Origin: Pirellulales bacterium
GTDB lineage: Bacteria; Planctomycetota; Planctomycetia; Pirellulales; JAICIG01
DNA: 64,000 bases
Direction: 5' to 3'
Assembly (NCBI GenBank): GCA_040901675.1
Contig: JBBDYJ010000010.1
Coordinates: forward strand, 330,599 to 394,598
The position numbers were made by a program, and so were the translations under genes. Below, piece after piece: positions 1 through 9,682 of the stretch. The notes under the pieces are model-generated. The model did not search any database. It was not told the DNA's origin and was given only the letters and a program-made list of their open reading frames with translations. Positions within the stretch are counted from its first letter, which is position 1. Each line of letters begins with the position of its first letter.

Positions 1-14
1 CGTGCGAAAGTTGC

Positions 15-43
15 TTGACGAGGGGCCGCTGCTCGGCTATAGT
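15..43 (+). promoter_or_regulatory. Putative sigma70 promoter
   Basis: TTGACG (15-20), 17-bp spacer, TATAGT (38-43), upstream of the small ORF at 157. Confidence 0.55.
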
Positions 44-156
44 GTACATATGATCATTACCAGTATCCGCGGCGACTTGTGGAGCGCGAGCAGGCAAGGC
101 AGAATCGTTGGCCGGCGCAATGCGGCGCCGGCCAATCAGAACTAAAGGAGCCTCGC

Positions 157-453
157 ATGGAATACGTCTGGATGCCCTGCAACATTGAAAACAGCGGCTT
201 CAGCAGCGAACGTCGTTTCGAGGTTGATTTACCCGATGGGAAGAGAATCAGCGGAACTGCATATATCGAGTACCTCCAGGATTCGGAAGGGAATCCCTTG
301 GGCGATAACATCCCCACCGCCGGCGAAGCCGCACCAGGCTTCGTTAAATGCCGGGTGGTTAAGGAAGTTGGCGAATCAGCATACGTCGAGTTTCCGGGCA
401 CGGAGGTCTTTCATGTTCCTCAAGAGGCGATACGGGAAAGGCGAATTGGCTGA
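157..453 (+). CDS. Small hypothetical protein (98 aa)
   Basis: AAGGAG RBS 6 nt before ATG157; protein-like sequence MEYVWMPCNIENSGFSSERRFEV; visibly less GC-rich than its neighbours. Confidence 0.65.
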   Translation: MEYVWMPCNIENSGFSSERRFEVDLPDGKRISGTAYIEYLQDSEGNPLGDNIPTAGEAAPGFVKCRVVKEVGESAYVEFPGTEVFHVPQEAIRERRIG

Positions 454-547
454 ATGTACCTCTCCGATCCCCGGCATAGACTATGGGTGGCGATGAACAC
501 AACCCAACAACCCGGCGGGCTTTACGCGCGCCCGGTCCGAGAAACTG

Positions 548-1525
548 ATGACTTCCCTTCGCGTGGGACTGATTGGCTGTGGCACGGTGGCGCGGCTGCA
601 CGCCCAGCGGCTTCAGGCCGATCCGCGCGCACGGATGGCCCTGTTCTGCGATCCCAATCGCGAGTCGGCCACGCAGTTGCGCGACGAGTTCGCTCCTTCG
701 GCGGCCGTCGAGGACGACCTGACTCGCGCCCTGAGCGATCACCACCTCGATGCCGTAGTCATTTCCAGCCCCACCACGGTGCACTATGAGCAGGTCTGCC
801 AGGCGATGGACCGCGGCCTGGACGTGCTCTGTGAAAAGCCGCTCTGCGACCGCCGAGAGCAGATCGCCGACCTGATCGACCGCCGGCGGCGCTTGGGCCG
901 CGTGCTGGCCGTGGCGTATCAGCGGCGCTCCAAGTCGCCCTATCTGACGGCAAAGCGGGAGCTGACCGAGCGGGCCGATTGGTACGGGCCCCTCAAGCAG
1001 GTGCACGTCTATGTCTGCGAGCGCTGGCAGCAGACGATCCACGGCACCTGGCGCGACGACTCGCGGATGGCCGCCGGCTACTTCGGCGACGCCGGCAGTC
1101 ACCAGATCGACATCACGCACTTCATCACGGGCCGGCGTCCCGAGGCCGTGCTGGCCCACGGCGACCGCCGCGGCAGCCGCGTCGAGATCGTCACCCAGGT
1201 CATCGCCCGCTTGACCGGCGGCGCGGGCCTGGCGGCCCACTTCGTCGGCGACGCCAACCACTGGCGCGAGGACCTGCACTTCCACTGCGCCGAGGCCGAC
1301 CTCCTCTTGCGCAGCGAGCAGCTCTTTTGCGCCAAAGACAACCGCATTGAACCGATTGCGGACCTCGTACCCGGCAGCTCGCCCGACTCCGCGCTGTTGG
1401 ACACCATTCTCGATGGCCGACGCGTGCTGTCACCGCCCGAGGATGCCCTGGCCATGCACGACTGGACCGAGGCCGTTCTCCAGAGCGCCCGCCAAGGCCG
1501 CTGGATCACGCTGCCCACCGATTGA
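548..1525 (+). CDS. Gfo/Idh/MocA family oxidoreductase
   Basis: GLIGCGTVA Rossmann motif, VLCEKP motif, DAGSHQID. Confidence 0.92.
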   Translation: MTSLRVGLIGCGTVARLHAQRLQADPRARMALFCDPNRESATQLRDEFAPSAAVEDDLTRALSDHHLDAVVISSPTTVHYEQVCQAMDRGLDVLCEKPLCDRREQIADLIDRRRRLGRVLAVAYQRRSKSPYLTAKRELTERADWYGPLKQVHVYVCERWQQTIHGTWRDDSRMAAGYFGDAGSHQIDITHFITGRRPEAVLAHGDRRGSRVEIVTQVIARLTGGAGLAAHFVGDANHWREDLHFHCAEADLLLRSEQLFCAKDNRIEPIADLVPGSSPDSALLDTILDGRRVLSPPEDALAMHDWTEAVLQSARQGRWITLPTD

Positions 1526-1602
1526 CGCCACGCCGCGAACTAGCAGCAGACTCCCGTGTGCCGTCCGGCGCGTCCGGATCTGGCACAGACCTGGCAACGG
1601 CT

Positions 1603-3516
1603 TCAACCAGACGTCACTGGCCTGGCGGCGGCGGCCGGCAGCAGCGGGGGCATGGGACAGCCGAGCAGCTCGGCGACGACGCGCAACAGCTCGCCCTCCT
1701 CCACCGTGATGCGTCCGTCGGCGCCGATACAGGCGGCGGAGGCTTCCAGCACGCGCTTCTTGATCTTCGGCGCGGCGGCCGCCAGCCGGTGGACCGCCTC
1801 GTCGAACGTCTTCAACGTGGCGGCCGAGCGGGGCAAAAGCTTGAGCTCGGATTGGATGGCGGCCAGCCGGACCGCGCCCAGGCGGAATGCACGCTCGGCC
1901 TGAGCGTCGTCGCGGTGGCCCACATACGCCAGCGTCGAGAGCAAGGCGTTGCAGTCGCCGGCCACGGCATCGATCCACCGGAACTTGACCCGCGCCGGCG
2001 GGCGCCTCTCGAACCGCTGGCCAAGCTGGTCGAGCACCATCCGCTCCAACGCGTATTCGAACACGGAGATCTTCTGGTCCGCTTCGACCAGCCGCCGCAC
2101 GACCTGCCGCAGGCTGCCGTACTGATCGGGCGAAAGCCGCGCCAGCGCGGGCATCGCCATTTCGACCAGAGGCAGCCGCGCCTCGGCCGGCAATCCACCC
2201 AGCAGCGGCGCGATGCGCTGCAGCTCCTCGTAAACCCGGCTCGACGACCTGGCGAGAATCGCCAGTTGATCGGCCCGCGTCTGGGAATCGCCGGCCAGCA
2301 CGAGGCCGCACACGGCCGCGGCGGCCCCCAGCGGCTCGTGAACTTCCTCCACCAGCCGCTGGGGCAAGCTGGCCACCAGCGCGGCCGCGTAGGCCACGTG
2401 CTCGGTTTGCGGCGTCCCCACGCTGGCCACGGCCGTTTCGGGCCTGAACCCCATGGCCGCGGCGGCGGCTTGTGCTGGCCGCGGGCCGGCGCCGAGGTCG
2501 GACGCGGTACGTTGGGCGTGGGTGACTTTTGGGAACTGGCCGTCGAAGGCGGGATCGATTCGCTTGATGCGCTCGGGCAGCGGCGGGTGGGTGGAGAGGA
2601 AGCCGAACAGGTTTTGCCCCAGCACGTTGCCGAAGAAGAGGTGGCTGGCCTCTTCCGCGGCGGCTCGCTCGACGCGTGATCCGGCAACCAGGCCGCCGAT
2701 TTTCTTGAGCGCCCCGGCGATGCCCTGCGGGTTCCGCGTGAACTGGACGGCCGAGGCGTCGGCCAGGAACTCGCGCTGCCGGGAGACCGCGCTTTTGATC
2801 AACCGGCCGAAGAACACGCCAAGGTAGCCGATCACCAGCAGGGCCGCCCCCAGGGCCAGCACCGCGACGACCCCTCCTCCATCCTTCCTGCTGCGGCGTC
2901 GGCGCGTGTGCCCCAGGCTGCGCAGCAGCGTGTATCCGATCAGGGCGATCAGCAGGATGCCGTGCAGCAGGCCGATGAGCCGGATATTGAGCCGCATGTC
3001 GCCGTTGAGGATGTGGCTGAACTCGTGGGCGATCACGCCTTGCAGCTCGTCGCGGTTGAGGGTTTCGATGGCGCCGCGCGTAACTCCGATGACGGCCGAG
3101 CTGGGCGACCAGCCCGCCGCGAAGGCGTTGATCCCCTGTTCGTCCAGGACGAACACGCTCGGCGCCGGCACGCCCGAAGCGATGGCCATTTCTTCGACCA
3201 CGTTGACGAGCACCCGCTCGTCCAGGTCGCGCGTGGCGGGGTCGACGGGCCGGCCGCCCAGCATTTGGGCGACCACCTCTCCACCGCTTCCGAGCTGGAC
3301 GATCTTGAACAGGCTTCCCGCCGCGATCACGAACAACGTCGCGCCGGCGACCGCCAGAAACAGGATCGGATTCCACAAGTGCGGCGGGCGCGCGCCGAAA
3401 ACCAGGGCCACTACCGGGTAAACCGCCGCGACGATCAGCGCGATGGCCAGGCAGAAATAGACGACCAGCAGCGTTGTCTTCCGGCGTGCGGCATCCTGGT
3501 GGGCGAAGAAATCCAT
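1603..3516 (-). CDS. M48 (HtpX-like) zinc metallopeptidase with C-terminal helical (TerB-like) extension
   Basis: INAFAAG, HEFSH (HExxH), SRQREFLAD, THPPLPERI; directly downstream of lemA. Confidence 0.9.
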   Translation of the reverse strand: MDFFAHQDAARRKTTLLVVYFCLAIALIVAAVYPVVALVFGARPPHLWNPILFLAVAGATLFVIAAGSLFKIVQLGSGGEVVAQMLGGRPVDPATRDLDERVLVNVVEEMAIASGVPAPSVFVLDEQGINAFAAGWSPSSAVIGVTRGAIETLNRDELQGVIAHEFSHILNGDMRLNIRLIGLLHGILLIALIGYTLLRSLGHTRRRRSRKDGGGVVAVLALGAALLVIGYLGVFFGRLIKSAVSRQREFLADASAVQFTRNPQGIAGALKKIGGLVAGSRVERAAAEEASHLFFGNVLGQNLFGFLSTHPPLPERIKRIDPAFDGQFPKVTHAQRTASDLGAGPRPAQAAAAAMGFRPETAVASVGTPQTEHVAYAAALVASLPQRLVEEVHEPLGAAAAVCGLVLAGDSQTRADQLAILARSSSRVYEELQRIAPLLGGLPAEARLPLVEMAMPALARLSPDQYGSLRQVVRRLVEADQKISVFEYALERMVLDQLGQRFERRPPARVKFRWIDAVAGDCNALLSTLAYVGHRDDAQAERAFRLGAVRLAAIQSELKLLPRSAATLKTFDEAVHRLAAAAPKIKKRVLEASAACIGADGRITVEEGELLRVVAELLGCPMPPLLPAAAARPVTSG

Positions 3517-3532
3517 GGCGGCGAGACGGCCA

Positions 3533-4156
3533 CTACGAGAACTTCACCTTCGGAACCTCACGCTCGGCAGGCGTTTCGACGGCCACCAGCAGCTCGGCCG
3601 GACCGAAGCCGGCCACGTTGGCCACGATCATCGCCGGAAACGATTCGCGCTGCGTGTTGTACGACGTTACCGCGTCGTTGAAGGCCTGCCGGGCGAAGGC
3701 GATCTTGTTCTCCGTCGACGTCAGCTCCTCCTGCAGCGCGAGCATGTTCTGGTTGGCCTTGAGGTCCGGGTAGCTTTCCGCCAGGGCGAACAATCGCCCC
3801 AGCGCGCCGGCCAGGTTTCCTTCGGCCCCTGCCAGGGCCCGCATGGCCTGCGGATCGCCGGGATGGGCGGCCGCCTGCTGGCCGGCCGTGGCCGCCTGGT
3901 TGCGCGCCGCGATCACCGCCTCCAACGTGCCGCGCTCGTGGGCCATGTAGCCCTTGGCGACTTCGACCAGGTTGGGGATCAGGTCCCAGCGCCGCTTGAG
4001 CTGCACGTCGATCTGGCTGAAGGCGTTTTCGTAGCGGTTTTGCAGGGCCACCAGCCCGTTGTAGGCCCCCATCACCCACAGCGCCACCAGCACGATCACC
4101 ACGGCCCCGGCAATCAGCACCCACGCGGCCGTACTCAAGGCAAGGATTGGTGTCAC
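3533..4156 (-). CDS. lemA: LemA family protein
   Basis: YNGLV..IDVQLKRRWDLIPNLV, ESYPDLKAN, ENKIAFARQAFND. Confidence 0.95.
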   Translation of the reverse strand: MTPILALSTAAWVLIAGAVVIVLVALWVMGAYNGLVALQNRYENAFSQIDVQLKRRWDLIPNLVEVAKGYMAHERGTLEAVIAARNQAATAGQQAAAHPGDPQAMRALAGAEGNLAGALGRLFALAESYPDLKANQNMLALQEELTSTENKIAFARQAFNDAVTSYNTQRESFPAMIVANVAGFGPAELLVAVETPAEREVPKVKFS

Positions 4157-4200
4157 GGCGAAGTCTCCCTAAGTTGGATCAATACAAACGGACCGACCGA

Positions 4201-5373
4201 TCAGGCCGCCACTGCCGTACGTTCGCTCAGCCGCCAATCGGCGCTGATACGCCCGCAGAAGTAGCTGGCCAGCGATGCCAGGACCAGGTTCGCCGCACTG
4301 AAGGCCAGTGCGGAGGAACCAGAGGCCGGGAAGCCGAGGCTCTGGCTGTCGGGGGCGAAAGCCATCGAGACCATCCATAGAGTGTGGAGCATGGCGGCCA
4401 ATCCCCAAACCACCACGCCCACTCGAATCGTGCTCCAATCGGGCAACGACGCCAGCCAGGCCACGTAGATCAGTTCAGCAGCCGACGCCAGCAACAGCAG
4501 GCGAGCCCAGCCGGGAGCCGTGGCAAGGTTCAGGTGCTCGAGCGCCGGAGCGGAGCCGAACACAGCCAGGCAGGTGAAGGCGGCGGCCAGCCAGTACGCC
4601 GTCTCCAGCCGCCGTACGCCGGGACGCGAACCATGGGCCAGCAATTCGGGTCGCGCCCGGCCGATCCAGCGCGGCGGCGCCGACCCGCCGGCGGTCGTCG
4701 TCGCCCCAGCCGGTGTGGCGCCGGCAACCGCCGGCGCCAGCGAAGCCAATGGAGGCCGTTGCCGGGAACTAGCGGGATGGGCCGGCCTCGGCTGCTTGGC
4801 TGCCTTGGCGCGGGTATGGGGGTTGGCGGCGGCTATGCCAGCCAACCTGGCCACCGGCGGCGATTCGGCGGGATCTGCACCGGCCGAGGGCCCGCTTGGC
4901 TTCTTCACGCGGCCGCTCTTGGTGCCGAGCTTCTTGCCGCTCGTCTTGCGCGGACCTTTGGTCTTGGACCTGCCGCTCCATGGAGGCTGATCGGGCGGCT
5001 GCGCCAAGTCGGGTGGCTGAGGCAAAACGTCGGGTGGCTGGGGCAAAGCGGTAGCGTGCCCCAGTTGATGTCGCTCGGCGACCGGAAAAATCTCCGCTAC
5101 TTCGAACGGATCGGGCGGCTGCGGCAGAGCGTCGGGTGGCTGGGGCAAAGCGGACTTCGGCGAGCTCAGTCGAGTCGTAGCGTGCCCCAGTTGGTGTTGA
5201 TCGGTGGCCGCGTCCCGGGCGTTCCAGGATCGCTTCGCCTGGCCGCTGGGCCGCGGGTCGCTCACCGGCACGATCACGCGCTGATGGCATCTCGGGCAGC
5301 GGCCTTTCTTTCCCGCGCGGTGATCGGGAACCTTGAGCCGATGGCCGAGCGGACAAAGAAAGCGGATCGACAT
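4201..5373 (-). CDS. Zinc-ribbon / Pro-rich linker / multi-TM membrane protein containing in-frame REP copies
   Basis: Start chosen at MSIRFLCPLGH...CPRC; hydrophobic C-terminal helices; linker contains translated repeats LGHAT(TRLSSPKS)ALPQPPD. Confidence 0.75.
   Translation of the reverse strand: MSIRFLCPLGHRLKVPDHRAGKKGRCPRCHQRVIVPVSDPRPSGQAKRSWNARDAATDQHQLGHATTRLSSPKSALPQPPDALPQPPDPFEVAEIFPVAERHQLGHATALPQPPDVLPQPPDLAQPPDQPPWSGRSKTKGPRKTSGKKLGTKSGRVKKPSGPSAGADPAESPPVARLAGIAAANPHTRAKAAKQPRPAHPASSRQRPPLASLAPAVAGATPAGATTTAGGSAPPRWIGRARPELLAHGSRPGVRRLETAYWLAAAFTCLAVFGSAPALEHLNLATAPGWARLLLLASAAELIYVAWLASLPDWSTIRVGVVVWGLAAMLHTLWMVSMAFAPDSQSLGFPASGSSALAFSAANLVLASLASYFCGRISADWRLSERTAVAA
5030..5067 (+). 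repeat. REP-like family R1, empty copy (inside CDS)
   Basis: TCGGGTGGCTGGGGCAAAGCGGTAGCGTGCCCCAGTTG; stem CTGGGGCA/TGCCCCAG. Confidence 0.9.
5132..5193 (+). repeat. REP-like R1 with single 24-bp insert (inside CDS)
   Basis: GACTTCGGCGAGCTCAGTCGAGTC at 5153-5176 between AAAGCG and GTAGCG. Confidence 0.9.
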
Positions 5374-5518
5374 GCCAAGACCCGGGTACGAGACGAGCGA
5401 GCGCCGCGGCGGCAACCGCGGCAACCAGCCTTCTAGTCTCAACCCTCGCGCCGGCGGCGTCAAGCGCGGGTGCCGGAGGGAAGGCAGAAGGATGAATAGG
5501 AACCAGGACGGACGAAGA

Positions 5519-5577
5519 CTGGGGCACGCTACGACTCGACTGAGCTCGCCGAAGTCCGCTTTGCCGCCAGGCACCCG
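5519..5577 (-). repeat. REP-like R1 with single 24-bp insert
   Basis: Reverse-complement copy; insert at 5533-5556. Confidence 0.9.
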
Positions 5578-5622
5578 GCGAGGAGAGGACGGCCGCCTCT
5601 CGACTCCTTCCGCCTTCTGCCG

Positions 5623-7887
5623 CTACTCGTCGGCATAGAAGCGGGTGCTCTCTTCCTTGGTCACGGGCGTTCGGATCTCGTCGGTCAACAACTGGACGCG
5701 GACCCGCATGTCGCCCGGCTCCAGGCCCTGGACTCTGACTCGATACGTGGTGTCGGCCTTGGGAGCCAACCGCTCCAAGGGGGCGAAACGCACCTCCTGG
5801 CCGTCCAGCTCGTGCCGCGTGGGACCTTCGGCCCCGACCGGCTTCATCTCGGCAGGCAGGAAGGCCACGATCTCGACGTTGTTGGCTGCCTTCGAGCCCT
5901 GGTTCACGACCCGGATCTCGTAGGTGGTTTCACCTCCGACCTCGATCGGGTCGGCCACGTCGACCACTTGGAACAGGATGGCGGCCACGCCTTCGATCAG
6001 GATCACCTCTTCCTTTTCGGCCGCCAGCCCGCGCTGGGCCGTCCCCTCGACGCGCACCGTCTGCTCACCGGCCTCGATGGGGAGCGTGGTCAGGGTGACC
6101 TTGCCGATTTCCCGGGGAGGCAGCTCTTCCAACAGCCAGTGGACGGAGTTGGTCTGGGGATCGTACTGGCCGGAGTTGTTGGCCTCGACAAACTTCAGAC
6201 CTCTGGGCAGATGCGTGACCAGCTCCACTTCCTTGGCTGCTGCCGTGCCGGGATTGGAAACCATCACCGTGTAGGTGGCCTGACGTTCGAGGTAGCGCCG
6301 CTTCGGTCCGTCGACCGATACTTCCAGAGCCGGCGCCACCACTTCGAAGTCGGCTTGTCCCACCGCCTCGACCTGACCTTCGCCCCGCGCCAAGAGCAGA
6401 TTGACCACGTGCCCGGCGGCCGTGGCCTTCATGGTCAAGCTCAACTCCTGGGTCTCGTTAGGCTCGAGATCGCCGATTTCGTACTCGAGTTCGGAACCGG
6501 CCGGATGCTCCAGGGCCTCGGGAATGCTTTCGCTGAGCACGACGCCGCGGGCCGTTCCGCTGCCGGGATTCGAGACCTTGATGGCTAGCGTCACCTCCTC
6601 GCCGATCAACACCTCGCGTGGACCGGTCACCTCGACCGCCAGTTGGGGCCGTGTACACACCGTTCGGGCCGAGGCCTGCGCGGAAAAGCCGACCGTCGCC
6701 ACGCTGCCGATTTCCCCCTCGCTGAGCGGCATCAGTTCCATTTCCACGGCCACCTCTTCGCCCGGCTTGATCGAACCCAACGTCCAGACGAGCTGGCTGC
6801 CGGCGCCTGGCGAAGCCTCGGGCCGGGTGCTCACCAGGCGGGCGCCTTGGGGAACTTCGTCGATGACTTCGACGTGCTCGGCCGTGATGCTGCCCGTGTT
6901 GCGGATCCGCACCTGGAAGACGGCTGCAATGCCGACCTGGATCTCCGCGGGCGCCGTTTTCTCGATGGTCAACGACGGCGTTTGCAGGCCTTCGAGCTGG
7001 CTGGCGCCGGGAAGTCCCGAGCCGGAAGCTACGCCCTGGTCTGCACGCCGGCCGATCGTCGTCGGTGGCTCGAAGTCTCGGAATCGGGCCGGCTTTTGAC
7101 CATCGGGACCCGCGCCGATGCGCGTCTCACCAAGGTCCGCGTCCTCGAATTCCGCGCCCATTTCGGAGGCGTCGATGAACGCGGGCTCCTGATACTCGGA
7201 CTCCTGCCTGTCGGCAAGTGGCTTGCTATATCGCTGCGGCCGGTCTGCCGCGAACGGGTCGGCGCCGGCGGCCGCTGGTTCGGTCGTCCGTCCCGCCCCG
7301 CCGGGCTTCGTGGTGTTTTGGCTTTGGCCGCCGGCGGCACGTGCCGGCCCCTTGCCGGCGGAGCGCGGCTTATAGCGATGCGAGCCGGCCGGTGAGGACG
7401 CCCGGTCGGCTTGCTCGCCAGCAGTCTTCCTCGCCTGCAGCGCGGGACCCGTTACATCCAACTCGCGAGGCGCTTCGATCTCGTGATCGTCCGTCGCCGG
7501 GTCATCTTCATCCAGGCCGCCGTCGAGGTGGCCGAACGCCTCGTTCGCCGTCGGAAACTCGTCGTCCCCGGCCGGAATCGGCTCGACCTGGTCTGGGTCC
7601 TCGACGTGTTGCGCTAGCTTCACCCGGTTCAAATCGGTAGCGCCACGGTAATTGGGATATCGCGAACGAGGATTCTGGCCCGAGGCAAACTTGGCAACAT
7701 TGCCGCTATGACGGGCCGCTGGTCCGCCGGCGGCCGAGGTGCCATTGGTTGCCGCTGGTCGAACGACCGGCGGCGTCTTCACCTTGGCGGCCACGGGTTG
7801 CACGGTGCGCTGCGCATGGGCAATGGCGATCATGCCCACGACCACCACGCCGGTCAGTGTGAACAAGCGGACGAGCAACCGCTTCAT
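5623..7887 (-). CDS. DUF11 repeat (OmcB-like) exported protein
   Basis: Signal peptide, low-complexity linker, repeated Ig-like units (EKTAP..V.N.G...A..V...D..P). Confidence 0.85.
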   Translation of the reverse strand: MKRLLVRLFTLTGVVVVGMIAIAHAQRTVQPVAAKVKTPPVVRPAATNGTSAAGGPAARHSGNVAKFASGQNPRSRYPNYRGATDLNRVKLAQHVEDPDQVEPIPAGDDEFPTANEAFGHLDGGLDEDDPATDDHEIEAPRELDVTGPALQARKTAGEQADRASSPAGSHRYKPRSAGKGPARAAGGQSQNTTKPGGAGRTTEPAAAGADPFAADRPQRYSKPLADRQESEYQEPAFIDASEMGAEFEDADLGETRIGAGPDGQKPARFRDFEPPTTIGRRADQGVASGSGLPGASQLEGLQTPSLTIEKTAPAEIQVGIAAVFQVRIRNTGSITAEHVEVIDEVPQGARLVSTRPEASPGAGSQLVWTLGSIKPGEEVAVEMELMPLSEGEIGSVATVGFSAQASARTVCTRPQLAVEVTGPREVLIGEEVTLAIKVSNPGSGTARGVVLSESIPEALEHPAGSELEYEIGDLEPNETQELSLTMKATAAGHVVNLLLARGEGQVEAVGQADFEVVAPALEVSVDGPKRRYLERQATYTVMVSNPGTAAAKEVELVTHLPRGLKFVEANNSGQYDPQTNSVHWLLEELPPREIGKVTLTTLPIEAGEQTVRVEGTAQRGLAAEKEEVILIEGVAAILFQVVDVADPIEVGGETTYEIRVVNQGSKAANNVEIVAFLPAEMKPVGAEGPTRHELDGQEVRFAPLERLAPKADTTYRVRVQGLEPGDMRVRVQLLTDEIRTPVTKEESTRFYADE

Positions 7888-8192
7888 CGGCCTTCTCCGT
7901 CAAGAGATGTGTTCGAAGTGGGGAAGCGTCAGCCGTGCCGCAAACTCAGCCGCGGCGGGCCGAAGATGCCGGCCGCATGGGTGCACGACGTAACAGCCCG
8001 CTGATGTTGCCGCTACCCGTGGGGTTAAATACCAAAACGCCACCCGGCGTCAAAGGGCAGTTGCTGTCAAAGGAGGAAGGAAGAAGCAGGGAGGAGGAAC
8101 TACGCGAGTCGTTCAGCGCGGTTTGGCGGACGACAAGATGCGAAGGAATCCGAGGCATGGGGGAAGGGACGGCGAGAGGGAGGGCGTCTTTC

Positions 8193-8588
8193 CTATTCCT
8201 CCTTCCTCTTTCCTCCTTCCTCCTTTCCCCTGTCTTCCGGGCCGTAGCGGCCCCGATACTGGTCGGCCGGATACTTCTGGGCGTTCTTGATCATCTTGTC
8301 CCGCACGGCCCGGGCCACGTCGATTTGCAATTCGTTTGCCAGGGCCAGGGCATAGCAGACAACGTCGGCCAGTTCCTCGGCGACCTGGCCAGCCCGTGGA
8401 GCATCGAGCGGCACGGCGCGGGATTCTTCCGCGGTGAGCCACTGGAAATGCTCCATCAACTCGGCCGCTTCGATAGCCAAAGCCATCGAGAGGTTCTTCG
8501 GGCTATGGAACTGCCGCCAGTCGCGCTCGTCGACAAAGCGGCGGACCAACTGCCGCAGCTCGTCCACGGATGTGTCGCGGTCGTCCAT
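8193..8588 (-). CDS. MazG-like nucleotide pyrophosphohydrolase
   Basis: ERDWRQFHSPKNLSMALAIEAAELMEHFQW, EELADV; ATG at 8588. Confidence 0.92.
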   Translation of the reverse strand: MDDRDTSVDELRQLVRRFVDERDWRQFHSPKNLSMALAIEAAELMEHFQWLTAEESRAVPLDAPRAGQVAEELADVVCYALALANELQIDVARAVRDKMIKNAQKYPADQYRGRYGPEDRGKEEGGKRKEE

Positions 8589-8680
8589 GCCGGCATCATA
8601 CCGGAGTGGGGAGCGAAAAGAAGGATGAAGACAAAACCAGGAAGGAGCAACCAGGGACGTGCACGCCGGACTTCCCGCTG

Positions 8681-9682
8681 CTACCGGAACAGCGAGAGCG
8701 AGTCCAATTCGAAGCCCGTAAACACGAGCTGCCGCGGCGGGTGCTGACGCTCGTAGTACCGCTCGCGATAGCCCTCGGTCAAGTGCACCATCACTTCCAG
8801 CACCAAGAGATCGGCCCGCGTCATGACGTGCCGGGCGCTGCGGCTGCCCAGGCCTCGAACCAATTCCTCCAATACGTGCAGGTGCAACTGCATCGTCTGC
8901 GGGGCGGAAACGCCGGCCGACACCAACAGTTCGGCCAGGCGGCTCATCTCGCTGGCCAGGTTCCCGGACCCCATGATCACGTAAGCCCGCAGCAGCTCGC
9001 GGTAATGGTCGATCAGCGGCGCGGGCAGCGAGCAAGGCTCTCCGGCAGCCGCATGCCGGGCGATGGCCGCCTTGGCCAGCGTGGTGTGCTCGCCCGGCTC
9101 ACGCGATTCATCGGCCGGGTGGTCCAGCGCTTCCAGGTCGCGGATCAGCGCCCGCTGCTGCTCCAGCAGCCGCTCGGCTTCGCCATGCTCCAGCCGCAGG
9201 CGGTGCCGCTCGGCCTGGGCCAGGCGGCGGTTCTCGCGCCGCAGCCGGTGCCGTTCGACGGCCCGTGCCACCACCCAGATCAAGGTGCGGGTGGTCGTCG
9301 TGTTGACGCACACGTAGGCGTCGGCGCCCACCTCAAAGCACAAAGCCGTCAGTTCCTGCTCGCTTTGCGCGCCGAGCAACACCAGCGGCTCCTCGGAACC
9401 TCCCGCCCGCAACCCTTCCACCAGGTCCAGCCCGTCCAGCTCGCCCGGCTCGTGGCTGACCAGCACCGCGTCGAAGACCTCGTCGCGCAGCCGCGCGATG
9501 CCCGCCGTCACCCCCACCGCCTCCTCCAGAACCACCTCGGCGGCCCGGTCGGAGGCAAAGGCCTCGGCCAGCCATCCCCCCGTGCGATGGTACGTGGTGA
9601 TGTACAGCACCCGCATTCGGGGCGGCAAGCTCCCCCAGGCAGCCGTCGGTTGCTTTGCACACTCTTTGAGGGCCGTGCTCAT
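8681..9682 (-). CDS. Pseudo-receiver domain protein with KaiA/RsbU-N-like C-terminal helical domain
   Basis: Receiver-like pattern (FDAVLVSH, LDGLDLV, GADAYV) lacking the catalytic residues; C-terminal YRELLRAY...PQTMQLHLHVLEEL...VLEVMVHLTEGYR. Confidence 0.75.
   Translation of the reverse strand: MSTALKECAKQPTAAWGSLPPRMRVLYITTYHRTGGWLAEAFASDRAAEVVLEEAVGVTAGIARLRDEVFDAVLVSHEPGELDGLDLVEGLRAGGSEEPLVLLGAQSEQELTALCFEVGADAYVCVNTTTTRTLIWVVARAVERHRLRRENRRLAQAERHRLRLEHGEAERLLEQQRALIRDLEALDHPADESREPGEHTTLAKAAIARHAAAGEPCSLPAPLIDHYRELLRAYVIMGSGNLASEMSRLAELLVSAGVSAPQTMQLHLHVLEELVRGLGSRSARHVMTRADLLVLEVMVHLTEGYRERYYERQHPPRQLVFTGFELDSLSLFR

Noticed and set aside
1603..4156. LemA-M48 protease pair as a novel system
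   Set aside because: Common, well-known gene pair.
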